Assembly: GCA_004195635.1 (NCBI GenBank) | Contig: PSPT01000003.1 | Span: 38,146 to 102,145 of the forward strand | Origin: Methanobacteriota archaeon | Lineage (GTDB): Archaea; Thermoplasmatota; Poseidoniia; Poseidoniales; Poseidoniaceae | Reading direction: 5' to 3' | DNA: 64,000 nt | Shown: in pieces, positions 55,477-64,000 of the stretch | Layout: each line of letters opens with the position of its first letter | Numbering within the stretch: the stretch's first letter is position 1 | The notes under the pieces: model-generated | Told to the model about the DNA's origin: nothing | The model's database searches: none | Seen by the model: only the letters and a program-made list of their open reading frames with translations | Translations under genes and position numbers: made by a program

Positions 55477-56412
55477 TCAAGATGGTAAGCCAGCACCACT
55501 AATCACTGCAACTACTCTTATTTTTCCTTCCAATTCGGATGTTGTTCTGGCTCCGAGGATTACTTGAGCATCCCTGTGTAATCCCGAAGTAAAAGCACTT
55601 GCTACGGCTTCAAGTTGCTGAATAGTCATGCCAATTCCACCTTCAACTTGAATCAAGCAACCTCTCGCTCCTTGTATTTGCACATCGTAAAGTGGTGCTC
55701 GCACAGCATTTTGGAAAATCAACATTGGAGAATCGGGGTCGCCTTCAGCTACAAGCAATGTAGAACGGCCGTCTTTTTGAACGATAGAACGAAGGTCCAT
55801 GAGGTCCAAATTGATGAGCCCTATCTTTGAAATTGTCGTTACCAAGCCTTCGACTAATTCTTCGATCCATGCTGCCCCTAAACGCCAATCTACGCCTCTT
55901 TCACGTGCCTGCCATGCCAACCGGTCCAATGATAGTCGCACACAAACGTCTGAGTATTTCTCCAGTTTTACGCAGGCTTCCTCGGCAACTTGTCGCCGAG
56001 AAGGTTGTGCATCAAAAGGCAAAGCAGCGATAGATAGCACAAGTGCGCCGCGGCGCTTTGCTTGCCGGGCCATGTCGGGCGCAGCGCCACTTCCGGAACC
56101 GCCCCCAAGAGCGGTCAAAAGAATTACCAATTCAACCGGTTCGAGAACTCGGTTAACAAATTGAGTCAAATTACGCATACGTTGTTCACCAAGTTCGGGT
56201 AAAGAAGCACAACCAGAAGAATCGGGACTATCACCCAAAGTAAGCACATGAGCCTGCGTAGGTGAATCAACTCCACTAGGGTCAGCGTCAATCAGTAGCA
56301 AATCAACATTTGTACCACAACGTGTTTTGGCCCGATTGGCCCACGTACACCCCAATCCTCCGACACCAACAAGGAGCAGAGAAGCGTCTTTCATAGGGTG
56401 GACCTCAAACAC
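55477..56412 (-). CDS. Divergent FtsZ/tubulin-superfamily GTPase (short, 311 aa, FtsZ-like paralogue)
   Basis: Tubulin/FtsZ signature GGGSGSGAAP (T4), LSIAALPFDAQP (matching VTKPFsFEG), NLDLMDLRSI (T7 N.D..D) and a G1-like LLLVGVGGLGCTWANR segment. No long C-terminal tail. Confidence 0.75.
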   Translation of the reverse strand: MFEVHPMKDASLLLVGVGGLGCTWANRAKTRCGTNVDLLLIDADPSGVDSPTQAHVLTLGDSPDSSGCASLPELGEQRMRNLTQFVNRVLEPVELVILLTALGGGSGSGAAPDMARQAKRRGALVLSIAALPFDAQPSRRQVAEEACVKLEKYSDVCVRLSLDRLAWQARERGVDWRLGAAWIEELVEGLVTTISKIGLINLDLMDLRSIVQKDGRSTLLVAEGDPDSPMLIFQNAVRAPLYDVQIQGARGCLIQVEGGIGMTIQQLEAVASAFTSGLHRDAQVILGARTTSELEGKIRVVAVISGAGLPS

Positions 56413-56500
56413 CCCTAAACCCCATAGTCAATGAACTTACACCCAATTATTACAGGTTCAAAGTAAAATTAGTAAAACAAATAATTCGTCGTATTTCGAC

Positions 56501-56815
56501 TCAATCATAAGTAAGGAAACGCTGATATTTACGGCGCTGGTCTCGTGCCCAAGCATTATCTGGCTCTAAATCAAGAACTCTCTGATAATATCCTACCGCC
56601 TTTTCAAACTCCGACAAATGTTTGCCGTACAAGTGTCCTAAATTGTTCAACACAGGGATGCAATCCGCTTCTTCCTCCAGCATAGCGAGAAACATATTCT
56701 CGGCTGCTGTTAAGTCCTGCTTTTCCATCTTATCCTCTGCCTCATCCAAATCTTGTAATTGTTTTGCAGAGAGTGAATAGGTATTCTTGAAGGGTGTTTC
56801 AACCATGCTGACCAC
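56501..56815 (-). CDS. Small TPR-repeat protein
   Basis: Two TPR-like helical hairpins (LNNLGHLYGKHLSEFEKAVGYYQRVLDLEPDNAWA). Lies 88 bp upstream of the FtsZ-like gene on the same strand. Confidence 0.55.
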   Translation of the reverse strand: MVSMVETPFKNTYSLSAKQLQDLDEAEDKMEKQDLTAAENMFLAMLEEEADCIPVLNNLGHLYGKHLSEFEKAVGYYQRVLDLEPDNAWARDQRRKYQRFLTYD

Positions 56816-57019
56816 GCACTACCACAGAGCAGCACACTTTCAACCCAGCGGAGAAAATTTTTAGCGTCGGGCAGGGAAAAAATACTCGGTGGTGAGCCCA
56901 ATAGACACCTGGAAATCTGATAATTGTAATAAATAGCATTCCCATAATCGAAGAACTGTCCTCTTTACCCTACATTATTTGTTGCCGGTGAATGAGAGAG
57001 AGGGAGGGTAATCCTCAAT

Positions 57020-58285
57020 ATGGCTCGGCGTTTGGCGGGAAACATGGCATTACCTGAAGTCGTAGTAGTAGGCGGAGCAAGAACCCCATTTTGTGAATGG
57101 GCTGGTGGAAAAAGAGGAGATGGAAAGCCTGGCGGATTGCTAGCCGAAGTCAGTGCTGAAGATTTAGGTGCAGCCGCTATTCGCGGTGCTCTTGAAAAGA
57201 CTGGATGCGACCCTGCGTCGGTTGACCATGTCGTAATGGGATATGCACTACAAACCTCAGATCAAGCGATTTTTGGTGGCCGACACGCAGGACTCAAAGC
57301 GGGTATCCCTCAAGAAGTGCCGATGTTAACCCTCAGCCGAATATGTGGGAGTGGGGCTCAATCAATTGTTTCTGGCGCTCAAATGATCATGCTTGGAGAA
57401 GCCGAAGTCGTAGTTGCCGGAGGCATGGAAAACCTAAGCCAAGCTCCTCATGTTTTGCGCGGAATGCGTTCAACATACCGTTTGGGTCGTCCTCCACGGG
57501 CTGGAGATGAGTTGCCCAAAAATATGGAAGATTACCTTTTCACAAACCTGTTGGATGGGATGTGTGGCTCATTTATGGCACAGACTTCCGATGAACTTTG
57601 CCGACGCAAAGGAGTTACTCGCGAGGAAACTGATGCCTTCGCTGCACTATCACAAAATCGCACTGAAAAATCAATAGACGAGGGCATTTGGCATCAGGAA
57701 ATTGTTGAAGTTGAAACTCCATCTGGTGTTGTTGGTGCAAAAGATGAAGACCATGTTGTACGCAACACAACTCCCGAATCTCTTGCAAGTTTGCGAACAG
57801 CCTTTGGAGAGGATAGCCTAGTTACTGCCGGAAATGCTTCTGGCGTAGTAGATGGCGCCGCTGCGGTGGTCATCAAGTCGGCTGAACGAGCAAAGGCTGA
57901 TGGTGACGATGTTATTGCAAAGATTGTCTCTTGGGGAATTGTTGGACTTGAACCTGCAATCATGGCTTATGGGCCAGTGCCGAGTAGCCGACTTGCTCTT
58001 AAAAAAGCCGGACTGACCGTTAATGATATTGATCGCTGGGAAATTAACGAGGCTTTTGCCGGTCAAGCAGTAGCTTGTATTAACGATCTTGAAATCGATG
58101 TAGAAAAAGTAAATGTCAATGGTGGTGCAGTTGGATTAGGACACCCGCTAGCAGCAACAGGAACCCGGCTAGTTCTTACTTTAGCATATGAATTACGTCG
58201 CTGCGGCGGCAAATATGGCGTTGCTACTGCATGTATTGGTGGCGGTCAAGGAATTGCAGTAATTATTCAAAATCCATCAGTCTAG
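57020..58285 (+). CDS. Acetyl-CoA C-acetyltransferase (thiolase)
   Basis: N-terminal VVVVGGARTPF, active-site Cys region SRICGSG, and C-terminal thiolase signatures NVNGGAVGLGHPLAATG and GVATACIGGGQGIAVII. Confidence 0.9.
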   Translation: MARRLAGNMALPEVVVVGGARTPFCEWAGGKRGDGKPGGLLAEVSAEDLGAAAIRGALEKTGCDPASVDHVVMGYALQTSDQAIFGGRHAGLKAGIPQEVPMLTLSRICGSGAQSIVSGAQMIMLGEAEVVVAGGMENLSQAPHVLRGMRSTYRLGRPPRAGDELPKNMEDYLFTNLLDGMCGSFMAQTSDELCRRKGVTREETDAFAALSQNRTEKSIDEGIWHQEIVEVETPSGVVGAKDEDHVVRNTTPESLASLRTAFGEDSLVTAGNASGVVDGAAAVVIKSAERAKADGDDVIAKIVSWGIVGLEPAIMAYGPVPSSRLALKKAGLTVNDIDRWEINEAFAGQAVACINDLEIDVEKVNVNGGAVGLGHPLAATGTRLVLTLAYELRRCGGKYGVATACIGGGQGIAVIIQNPSV

Positions 58286-58451
58286 AGTGAATCTGTCACA
58301 CCCGCCTATTGCTGCAGGCCAGTGAAGTGAGGCTGGTGAGGTACAGGCCTGAATGCTCTCTTGCTTGAATCAATTCAACTATAGGGACATGAAATTGGCG
58401 TCGCCACTATAAGGGAACTTAGTCGAGCCTCATCTATTCAGATAGAAGGGG

Positions 58452-58700
58452 ATGCTAATGCTGGAAACATCAATGTACGGTGCCTATCTTGGAATGGCAC
58501 TTATTCTTGCAGCATTCGCACTTGAAACCCGCGGCAAAATTTCTAGTCGTGCACCTGCATATCTATGGACTATGGCAATTGGCCAAATCCTTCTCGGCAT
58601 ACGAGCGGGAGTTACTCAAGAATGGCCCTTCGTCGCCCTCTCTGTAGTTTGGGCTGGTTTCGCCTTTTACGCAATATTTGTACCCAATAGTGCCGAATAA
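58452..58700 (+). CDS. Small membrane protein (2-3 TM), unknown
   Basis: Hydrophobic 82-aa ORF. Confidence 0.35.
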   Translation: MLMLETSMYGAYLGMALILAAFALETRGKISSRAPAYLWTMAIGQILLGIRAGVTQEWPFVALSVVWAGFAFYAIFVPNSAE

Positions 58701-58750
58701 CCAGATATCCCATTACCCCTCGCCGAATTTTTTTCTTGCCAAATAATGAA

Positions 58751-61147
58751 TTATTGTGTATTTGAGGGCTCATTTGCATTTTTGCTTATTGTTTTCGCTA
58801 ACCACCAAGTGCCAGCAACTGCGATTACCCAGAAAAGAATATTCACTCGATATGTCATGTGGTATGCATCCAATTCGCTCATGCCTTTGCCCAAAAAACC
58901 ATTCATCAATACATATCCAATTGCAATTCCAACTGCTTGACCAGCAAGAGCAACTGCACCAGCAACACCCATCCCGCGGTTTCGCTCTTTTTCAGTTGTA
59001 AATCTCGCCAACAAGGAATCATTTGAAACTAATAACATTGGATACACCGGAATTACAAAGATGAATACCGCCAAAAAGGGAGGCAAACCAATACTGTAAA
59101 TTGACCATAAAGTTCCGTAGGCAATAGCCGACCAAAGAAGCACATTTTGCGCACCAATTGAATCACATATTTTCCCGATTATCGCATACAAAATCAATAC
59201 TGCAAGAACTGCCCACGCCTCCAATAGACCTGAAAAGTCGATGTCAAAACCAACTATTTCGAGATAGCGCAGAGTGGTCAATACTACTGCACCCCTGGGG
59301 ATTGCGACCAGAAGAACTCCGGCCATGACAAACTTTGGCCACTTACTTTCAAAGGTGAATAATTCCTTCAACGCCGACATCATTGCCGACAAACGACCTA
59401 TACCTTCCCCCCTTGGCGTTGGACCTTCCTCTCCCTTTATCTGCCATATTGGCAGGGTAAATTCTTCGCCTTCTAAATGCCTAACTAAGTATGCCGCAAT
59501 TGTAAGCATTGGAATTGAAATAGTAATTGCTCCGAGCATTGCAGAACTTACACCGTTTGAATCTAACAAATACTTGTACAACCAACCATTTGCCATCGAA
59601 CTGGCTGCTGCAAACAAACTGGAAACCGCATAAAGCATACCAATGAATTCACCTTTGTGTTCGGGAAACCACTCAGTTCCAACTGCGAAAGCAATTCTTG
59701 ACGACCCGAATAAGGTAGTTTGAATGAGAGTTAGTGGTATGAATAGTTCCAGCGGTGCCCACGGGAATGCAAACATTACTACCGCTGCCCCTATTAGAGA
59801 AATACTAAGAATTTGCTTTCGTCGACCAATACGATCGGCCAAGGCCCCCCACAAAGGCCCCGAAATACCGTATGTGAGTATTAGGAGTCCGCCATGCAGG
59901 AGAACCAGGTCTTCACTGGCTCCAAGTTTACGCGAATGGAAGGAATAGAGAATCATCGCATTGGCAATACCCATCACCAAAAATGCACCAATCGTAAGCA
60001 TCCTCGGTAAGTCGCTAATATTTTTTGGCCCGTGCCCTAATTCTTCAGCAGCATCAACTAATGAAAAGTATCGCTTGCGAAGCCAAATACCAACAACGAT
60101 TAATGCCGGCAGTGTCAACAAATATAGAATTGTGATAGTCCCATCCCCTAGCAAACTGGGGCCGTCACCTACAAATGATTCAGTCGATTGCCCACTTTGA
60201 TAGTGGTTGCCAGAGGTATCATTAAACATCACATTTGCAGATAATTGTTCCCCATGTTCAACATCAATTTTCCAGTACAAAATAGTTGATTCGTAAGAGA
60301 ATGGTTCTGAACTTTCCACACTAAACGAGCGAAAATGTTCACCCTCGGTAACATTCAGTTCATAGGTCGAGAAGTTGATTTGAGACTCGTCAAGACTCCA
60401 TCTTACTTGGGCAGCCCACTCCACATTCTCTCTCGCATAATCACTTTGATCAGAAGTTACCGACACTCCTTTATTGACCAAATAGGGCTTATCAACTTGC
60501 ATCATTGCTGCTGAGAAAGAAAAATTTGATGGGACTTCAGAAGTACCCCAGAATGCTTCACAATTACTATTCGTCCCAGGAAATGCGTTGCTATTAACTG
60601 TCCATTGCAGAGAAATCGCACTTTCGTTATTGATAATTTCAGGCAATTCCATACCGCTGAAAGTCACTTGACTCTTAGAAGCACTCAAGGTGAAATCACC
60701 ACTATTCACTTGGTCAATCTCATTTCCATCAATCATTACTGATAGGTCAATATCCACACTACCGCTACCACTTACCCACAAAGAAAACTGCCAATCCTCT
60801 CCACCAATTGAGGTATTGCGGACAAATCCCTCAGTACTCATCAGTGGCCCATCTGATGGATTAGAAAGGGAACCGAAAGGGAAATTATGCGAGGAAGATT
60901 GCTCGCCCCCAGTGATGAACGAGGATAAGGCATCGCTATTGGCCGCAAAAATGCTAGTTTGGCGAAATTCTGGATTATACTCAACTTCGGGAGGAGGTGG
61001 GGATTCCATAGATGCAGATGCAGCCGAGGTAGCAAAGGTACCTTGTAATAATATGCCAAAAAAGAATATTACAACGATGGTTGCAAATCTTGCATGGAAA
61101 ATAGAATTATTATGTCCCCCAATAGCATTCTTTACTGAATTGCCCAT
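58751..61147 (-). CDS. MFS transporter fused to an N-terminal extracellular domain of about 350 aa
   Basis: The C-terminal 12-TM region has the MFS loop motif GALADRIGRRK and a transporter-like helix pattern. The N-terminal part has a signal/TM helix then a Ser/Asn-rich beta domain. The likely start is the internal Met (MGNSVKN...). Confidence 0.7.
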   Translation of the reverse strand: MGNSVKNAIGGHNNSIFHARFATIVVIFFFGILLQGTFATSAASASMESPPPPEVEYNPEFRQTSIFAANSDALSSFITGGEQSSSHNFPFGSLSNPSDGPLMSTEGFVRNTSIGGEDWQFSLWVSGSGSVDIDLSVMIDGNEIDQVNSGDFTLSASKSQVTFSGMELPEIINNESAISLQWTVNSNAFPGTNSNCEAFWGTSEVPSNFSFSAAMMQVDKPYLVNKGVSVTSDQSDYARENVEWAAQVRWSLDESQINFSTYELNVTEGEHFRSFSVESSEPFSYESTILYWKIDVEHGEQLSANVMFNDTSGNHYQSGQSTESFVGDGPSLLGDGTITILYLLTLPALIVVGIWLRKRYFSLVDAAEELGHGPKNISDLPRMLTIGAFLVMGIANAMILYSFHSRKLGASEDLVLLHGGLLILTYGISGPLWGALADRIGRRKQILSISLIGAAVVMFAFPWAPLELFIPLTLIQTTLFGSSRIAFAVGTEWFPEHKGEFIGMLYAVSSLFAAASSMANGWLYKYLLDSNGVSSAMLGAITISIPMLTIAAYLVRHLEGEEFTLPIWQIKGEEGPTPRGEGIGRLSAMMSALKELFTFESKWPKFVMAGVLLVAIPRGAVVLTTLRYLEIVGFDIDFSGLLEAWAVLAVLILYAIIGKICDSIGAQNVLLWSAIAYGTLWSIYSIGLPPFLAVFIFVIPVYPMLLVSNDSLLARFTTEKERNRGMGVAGAVALAGQAVGIAIGYVLMNGFLGKGMSELDAYHMTYRVNILFWVIAVAGTWWLAKTISKNANEPSNTQ

Positions 61148-61196
61148 GACCTCACCTTCCTTCTCTATTCCAATGCTGAAGTACAATCAAGCCATC

Positions 61197-62672
61197 TCAC
61201 AGAGTAGCAGGACCACCGAGTGGCATTGAGTTTAGAGCAGTAAGGTTCTCTCCACGCAGGGAAGGTCCATCTGTAAATGTCGCAAAAATGCCCATCTCAC
61301 CTCCAAGGTTGTGGGCGAGGGCGAACCAAGGTCGCCCATGCTGGTCCACTCGCATATCGAGGAAATCGCCGAGTCCGCCGCAGCGATTATAGCCGCAATC
61401 GGCAGTGGTGTCTATCGGGTCCTCAGGTAAATTAACCTGCACTGTAGTGAATAAAGGATTTTCTGAAAACGCATCGGTGAGTATGGTGATGTATGCATTC
61501 CACGAGTCTCCTCCACCATCACCCACATAGCCAAAGGCCACTTTGCCTCCATCTCCTGCGGTCACCACAGGGAAACCAGTTCCATTGAGCCCTGCAGGGG
61601 GAGCAATCATCATTGCCTCGCTCCAAGTATCTCCGTTATCTCTTGAGTATGCGTAGTATGGCATATTATCGAGTCCCATCCACATTGCATGTAAGTTATT
61701 GTCCTCATCAACTCCAATTTGGGCTTCTTCGCCATTCCAAGTATCAGCAGAACCAGAGACTTCAGTAGGCAGAGGATGTTCTGTCCAAGTAAGGCCGCCA
61801 TTTGTACTTCTATAGATTGAATATCCCTCTCCATTACAACCGATGTTTCCACGGTAAAAATTACCATTATTTGCACCCTCAATATGTGCAGTGAGTCCTC
61901 CGCTTTGACAGTCAAGAGGTGCACCCGAAACTTCGGGAGTCCAAGTCCACCCACCATCAAAACTAGTTGAACAAAGAGGATGTGGAGCGTTGCCATTAAT
62001 GCAGTAAACCCAAGTGGTTTCGTATAGTGCTGCTTCATATGGAGATGAACCAATAGTTTGGTGGTCCTGCACTGAATAGACAGAAGTTGCGATAGTTGAA
62101 GGTTTCCAAGAATCTCCTTCATTGTCAGACCATTCAACAGTCATTCCGAGAAGGGCGTGCATGTCAAATTTCATTATGCGGTCAGTCCACGGATCAACAT
62201 AGATATAGGGGTCATTGCTATTAACAATAGGAATTGTCGGATTGTAGGCATTTTGGCAGGCATAATCGACCAACGAGACCATCTCAATTAGACCGGAGCA
62301 TTGCACAACTGCAGTTGAGCCACCAGGACCATTGCCGTAACTTGCCATGTAGAGGTTGTCGGCAGAAGTAATCCCCATCGTCGGCTCAAATGTGGTCATA
62401 CCGATGCTGTAGTATGACCCTTGGCTCCAAAATGGCGTATTATTTTCAGTTAAGTTTGCAGTAATGTTTGCTGCCGAGACCGCGCTTTGATTGAGCGCAT
62501 CAATGCCGCCTGCGTAATGATACCATGTGGTCATGGGGATTGATTTTTCAAAACTGAAAGGGGAAGATATTTCCTCTATTTCGGGCTTGTCATCGTTGCC
62601 GAAACAGCCAGAAAGTGATGTGAGAGAAATCATCAGGACAACGATTGTTGTCATCAGCACACGCACTTGCAT
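61197..62672 (-). CDS. Secreted BNR/Asp-box repeat beta-propeller protein (sialidase/glycoside-hydrolase-like fold) with lipobox-like N-terminus
   Basis: Four SxDxGxTW Asp-boxes (SDNEGDSWKP, SFDGGWTWTP, STNGGLTWTE, SRDNGDTWSE). The N-terminus is a hydrophobic stretch ending LSGCFGNDDKPE. Confidence 0.7.
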   Translation of the reverse strand: MQVRVLMTTIVVLMISLTSLSGCFGNDDKPEIEEISSPFSFEKSIPMTTWYHYAGGIDALNQSAVSAANITANLTENNTPFWSQGSYYSIGMTTFEPTMGITSADNLYMASYGNGPGGSTAVVQCSGLIEMVSLVDYACQNAYNPTIPIVNSNDPYIYVDPWTDRIMKFDMHALLGMTVEWSDNEGDSWKPSTIATSVYSVQDHQTIGSSPYEAALYETTWVYCINGNAPHPLCSTSFDGGWTWTPEVSGAPLDCQSGGLTAHIEGANNGNFYRGNIGCNGEGYSIYRSTNGGLTWTEHPLPTEVSGSADTWNGEEAQIGVDEDNNLHAMWMGLDNMPYYAYSRDNGDTWSEAMMIAPPAGLNGTGFPVVTAGDGGKVAFGYVGDGGGDSWNAYITILTDAFSENPLFTTVQVNLPEDPIDTTADCGYNRCGGLGDFLDMRVDQHGRPWFALAHNLGGEMGIFATFTDGPSLRGENLTALNSMPLGGPATL

Positions 62673-62790
62673 GGTTTAGCGGAGTGGAGAGGTGTTTATG
62701 GTGGCTCCGCCTAAGATGATAATTATCCGATCCGCCTCTGTAGAGCAACATGGCTTTATCAGCCAAAGACAGATATTGATGGCGAGTTGT

Positions 62791-63366
62791 TCAGAACTCA
62801 ACCTTTGGTGCTTGTCGCTCAATTTGAGAAGTTACTTCAAAGAGATCTCGGCGGATAGCGCCCATGAATCCAGCAACGATGTTGGTTGGAACCATCTGTA
62901 TGGCAGCATTCCAGTTGGTAGCACTAGAGTTGTAGAACTCACGGCGGTCGGCAACTTGGTTTTCAATTGAGACAATTTGTTTTTGTAATTCAAGGAAGTT
63001 AGTGTTGGCCTTTAGATCAGGATAGGCTTCCGAGAGGGCGAAGATTTTTGGCATCATACCTGAAAGCATACCTTCTGCTTGGGATACACCTTTGACATCT
63101 CCGCCAGCGAGGGCGTTAGATGCGGTGTTGCGGGCTTGGGCGAATTGTTCAAACAAGTCTTTTTCGTGGGTTGCATAGCCCTTGACTGTGTTGATTAGAT
63201 TGGGTAGCATGTCGTATCTTTGCTTTAGAAGAACGTCAATGTTTGCCCAAGATTGGTTGGCGTTTTCACGTAGACGGATAAGACGGTTCCAAGTTGAGAA
63301 GAACCAAAATACAATCATTAGAAAGAGTATTCCAGCTATTATTAGAACGACATATATAGGGTCCAT
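62791..63366 (-). CDS. LemA-family protein
   Basis: N-terminal TM helix, then WNRLIRLRENANQSWANIDVLLKQRYDMLPNL and FYNSSATNWNAAIQMVP, both characteristic of LemA. Start taken at the internal Met (MDPIYVV...); the track start is 63471. Confidence 0.8.
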   Translation of the reverse strand: MDPIYVVLIIAGILFLMIVFWFFSTWNRLIRLRENANQSWANIDVLLKQRYDMLPNLINTVKGYATHEKDLFEQFAQARNTASNALAGGDVKGVSQAEGMLSGMMPKIFALSEAYPDLKANTNFLELQKQIVSIENQVADRREFYNSSATNWNAAIQMVPTNIVAGFMGAIRRDLFEVTSQIERQAPKVEF

Positions 63367-63437
63367 AGTAAACTGGCGGTAGCGGTAGAAGTTAATGAAA
63401 TGTGCCCAGTAATAATACCTGCTCAAAAAGAATAAAC

Positions 63438-64000
63438 TTAGATGGCAATAAGTCCAGCTGCAGCAATCCATGCTCCTAACATTGAACCGACATTCGTTAA
63501 TGCAGTAACCAGTAATACCTTACCTGCCTTATTTTTCCAAAACAGATTCATCTCATCCAATTTCATGAAATCCTGTAAATCCTGCGCAGTCGGCTCAGCC
63601 ATCCTCATCTGAACATATCCGGCAAACCAACCCGCCGCTAGAGTCGGGTTGAGTGAAGTAATTGGACTGGCGAGGGCAGCGGTAATAATCGCCAAGGGAT
63701 GCCCTCTTGCTAACAAACAAAATAATGCCGCAGCACCGGCATTGAATGCAGTCCAGACAGTAAAAGTATGCAATAGCGCCTCCTTATCACCCGTATAAAT
63801 GAAGTATCCAGCAAGTGCCATTATTGCAATTGGCAGACCCCAAGTAACCACTTTCCACATTGGATTTGGCTTAGGAACCGTTGATAATTCACGCAATTTT
63901 TCTTCGTCAGGTGCCTCCTTAGATAAGTAATCTTCAATCCCATTAAGGTGTCCGGCACCGACAACTGCTAGCACTTTCCCATTACCCCTTAGTGCTGCGA
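63438..64000 (-). CDS. TraB/PrgY-family protein, C-terminal part. The N-terminus is beyond the right window edge.
   Basis: The frame stays open to position 64000; the track start is an internal GTG. It contains LAVVGAGHLNGI (the TraB GxGHxxG motif) followed by four hydrophobic helices. Confidence 0.55.
   Translation of the reverse strand, partial: AALRGNGKVLAVVGAGHLNGIEDYLSKEAPDEEKLRELSTVPKPNPMWKVVTWGLPIAIMALAGYFIYTGDKEALLHTFTVWTAFNAGAAALFCLLARGHPLAIITAALASPITSLNPTLAAGWFAGYVQMRMAEPTAQDLQDFMKLDEMNLFWKNKAGKVLLVTALTNVGSMLGAWIAAAGLIAI

Noticed and set aside
1-64000. Search for CRISPR arrays, integrases, transposases or prophage signatures
   Set aside because: No direct repeat-spacer periodicity, no recombinase, terminase or capsid-like ORFs, and no flanking inverted repeats were found. 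The tandem repeats present are all in-frame coding repeats.

Overview
The window is archaeal chromosomal DNA. It carries the RNA polymerase core operon on the minus strand: rpoH, unsplit rpoB, rpoA' and rpoA'', with overlapping stop/start codons between the last three, followed by rpl30e. It also carries archaeal PurP, a eukaryal/archaeal-type class IIb Asp-tRNA synthetase, an RNase P RNA and three tRNAs. These include two Lys isoacceptors, one directly upstream of rpoH. GC content is moderate to low, there are several giant exported proteins with SBBP, thrombospondin-type-3-like and ELWxxDGT repeats, and three secreted proteins share a GCFG N-terminal motif. Together these suggest a marine planktonic Thermoplasmatota such as Marine Group II/Poseidoniales. 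That taxonomic placement is inference only.

Housekeeping genes present are rpiA, aspS, a carbamate kinase, a thiolase and purP. There is a glycan/lipid-linked sugar cluster with two GT2 transferases, an NAD-dependent sugar epimerase, a HAD phosphatase and a PAP2 phosphatase. Many membrane and secreted proteins are present, including an M28 peptidase, a BNR/Asp-box propeller, an MFS transporter fused to a large N-terminal ectodomain, and LemA and TraB homologues.

The most unusual observations are:
- RpoH and RpoA'' each carry a paralogous N-terminal domain of about 60-90 aa that looks helix-hairpin-helix-like.
- A neighbourhood holds three paralogous coiled-coil proteins with basic tails (a fourth lies about 6 kb away) wrapped around a GNAT acetyltransferase, a Roadblock/LC7 protein and a single-domain KaiC/RecA-like ATPase.
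- A PdaD (pyruvoyl arginine decarboxylase) paralogue has lost the pyruvoyl-forming serine and gained an RG-rich tail.
- A single ORF fuses a HemK-like SAM methyltransferase domain to a biotin-protein-ligase (BirA-like) catalytic domain.
- A short, divergent FtsZ/tubulin-family GTPase has a degenerate G1 loop and a small TPR protein upstream.
- A large exported protein has a cytoplasmic tail with two zinc ribbons and appears co-operonic with a DtxR-family regulator.

No CRISPR array, integrase or transposase was seen.
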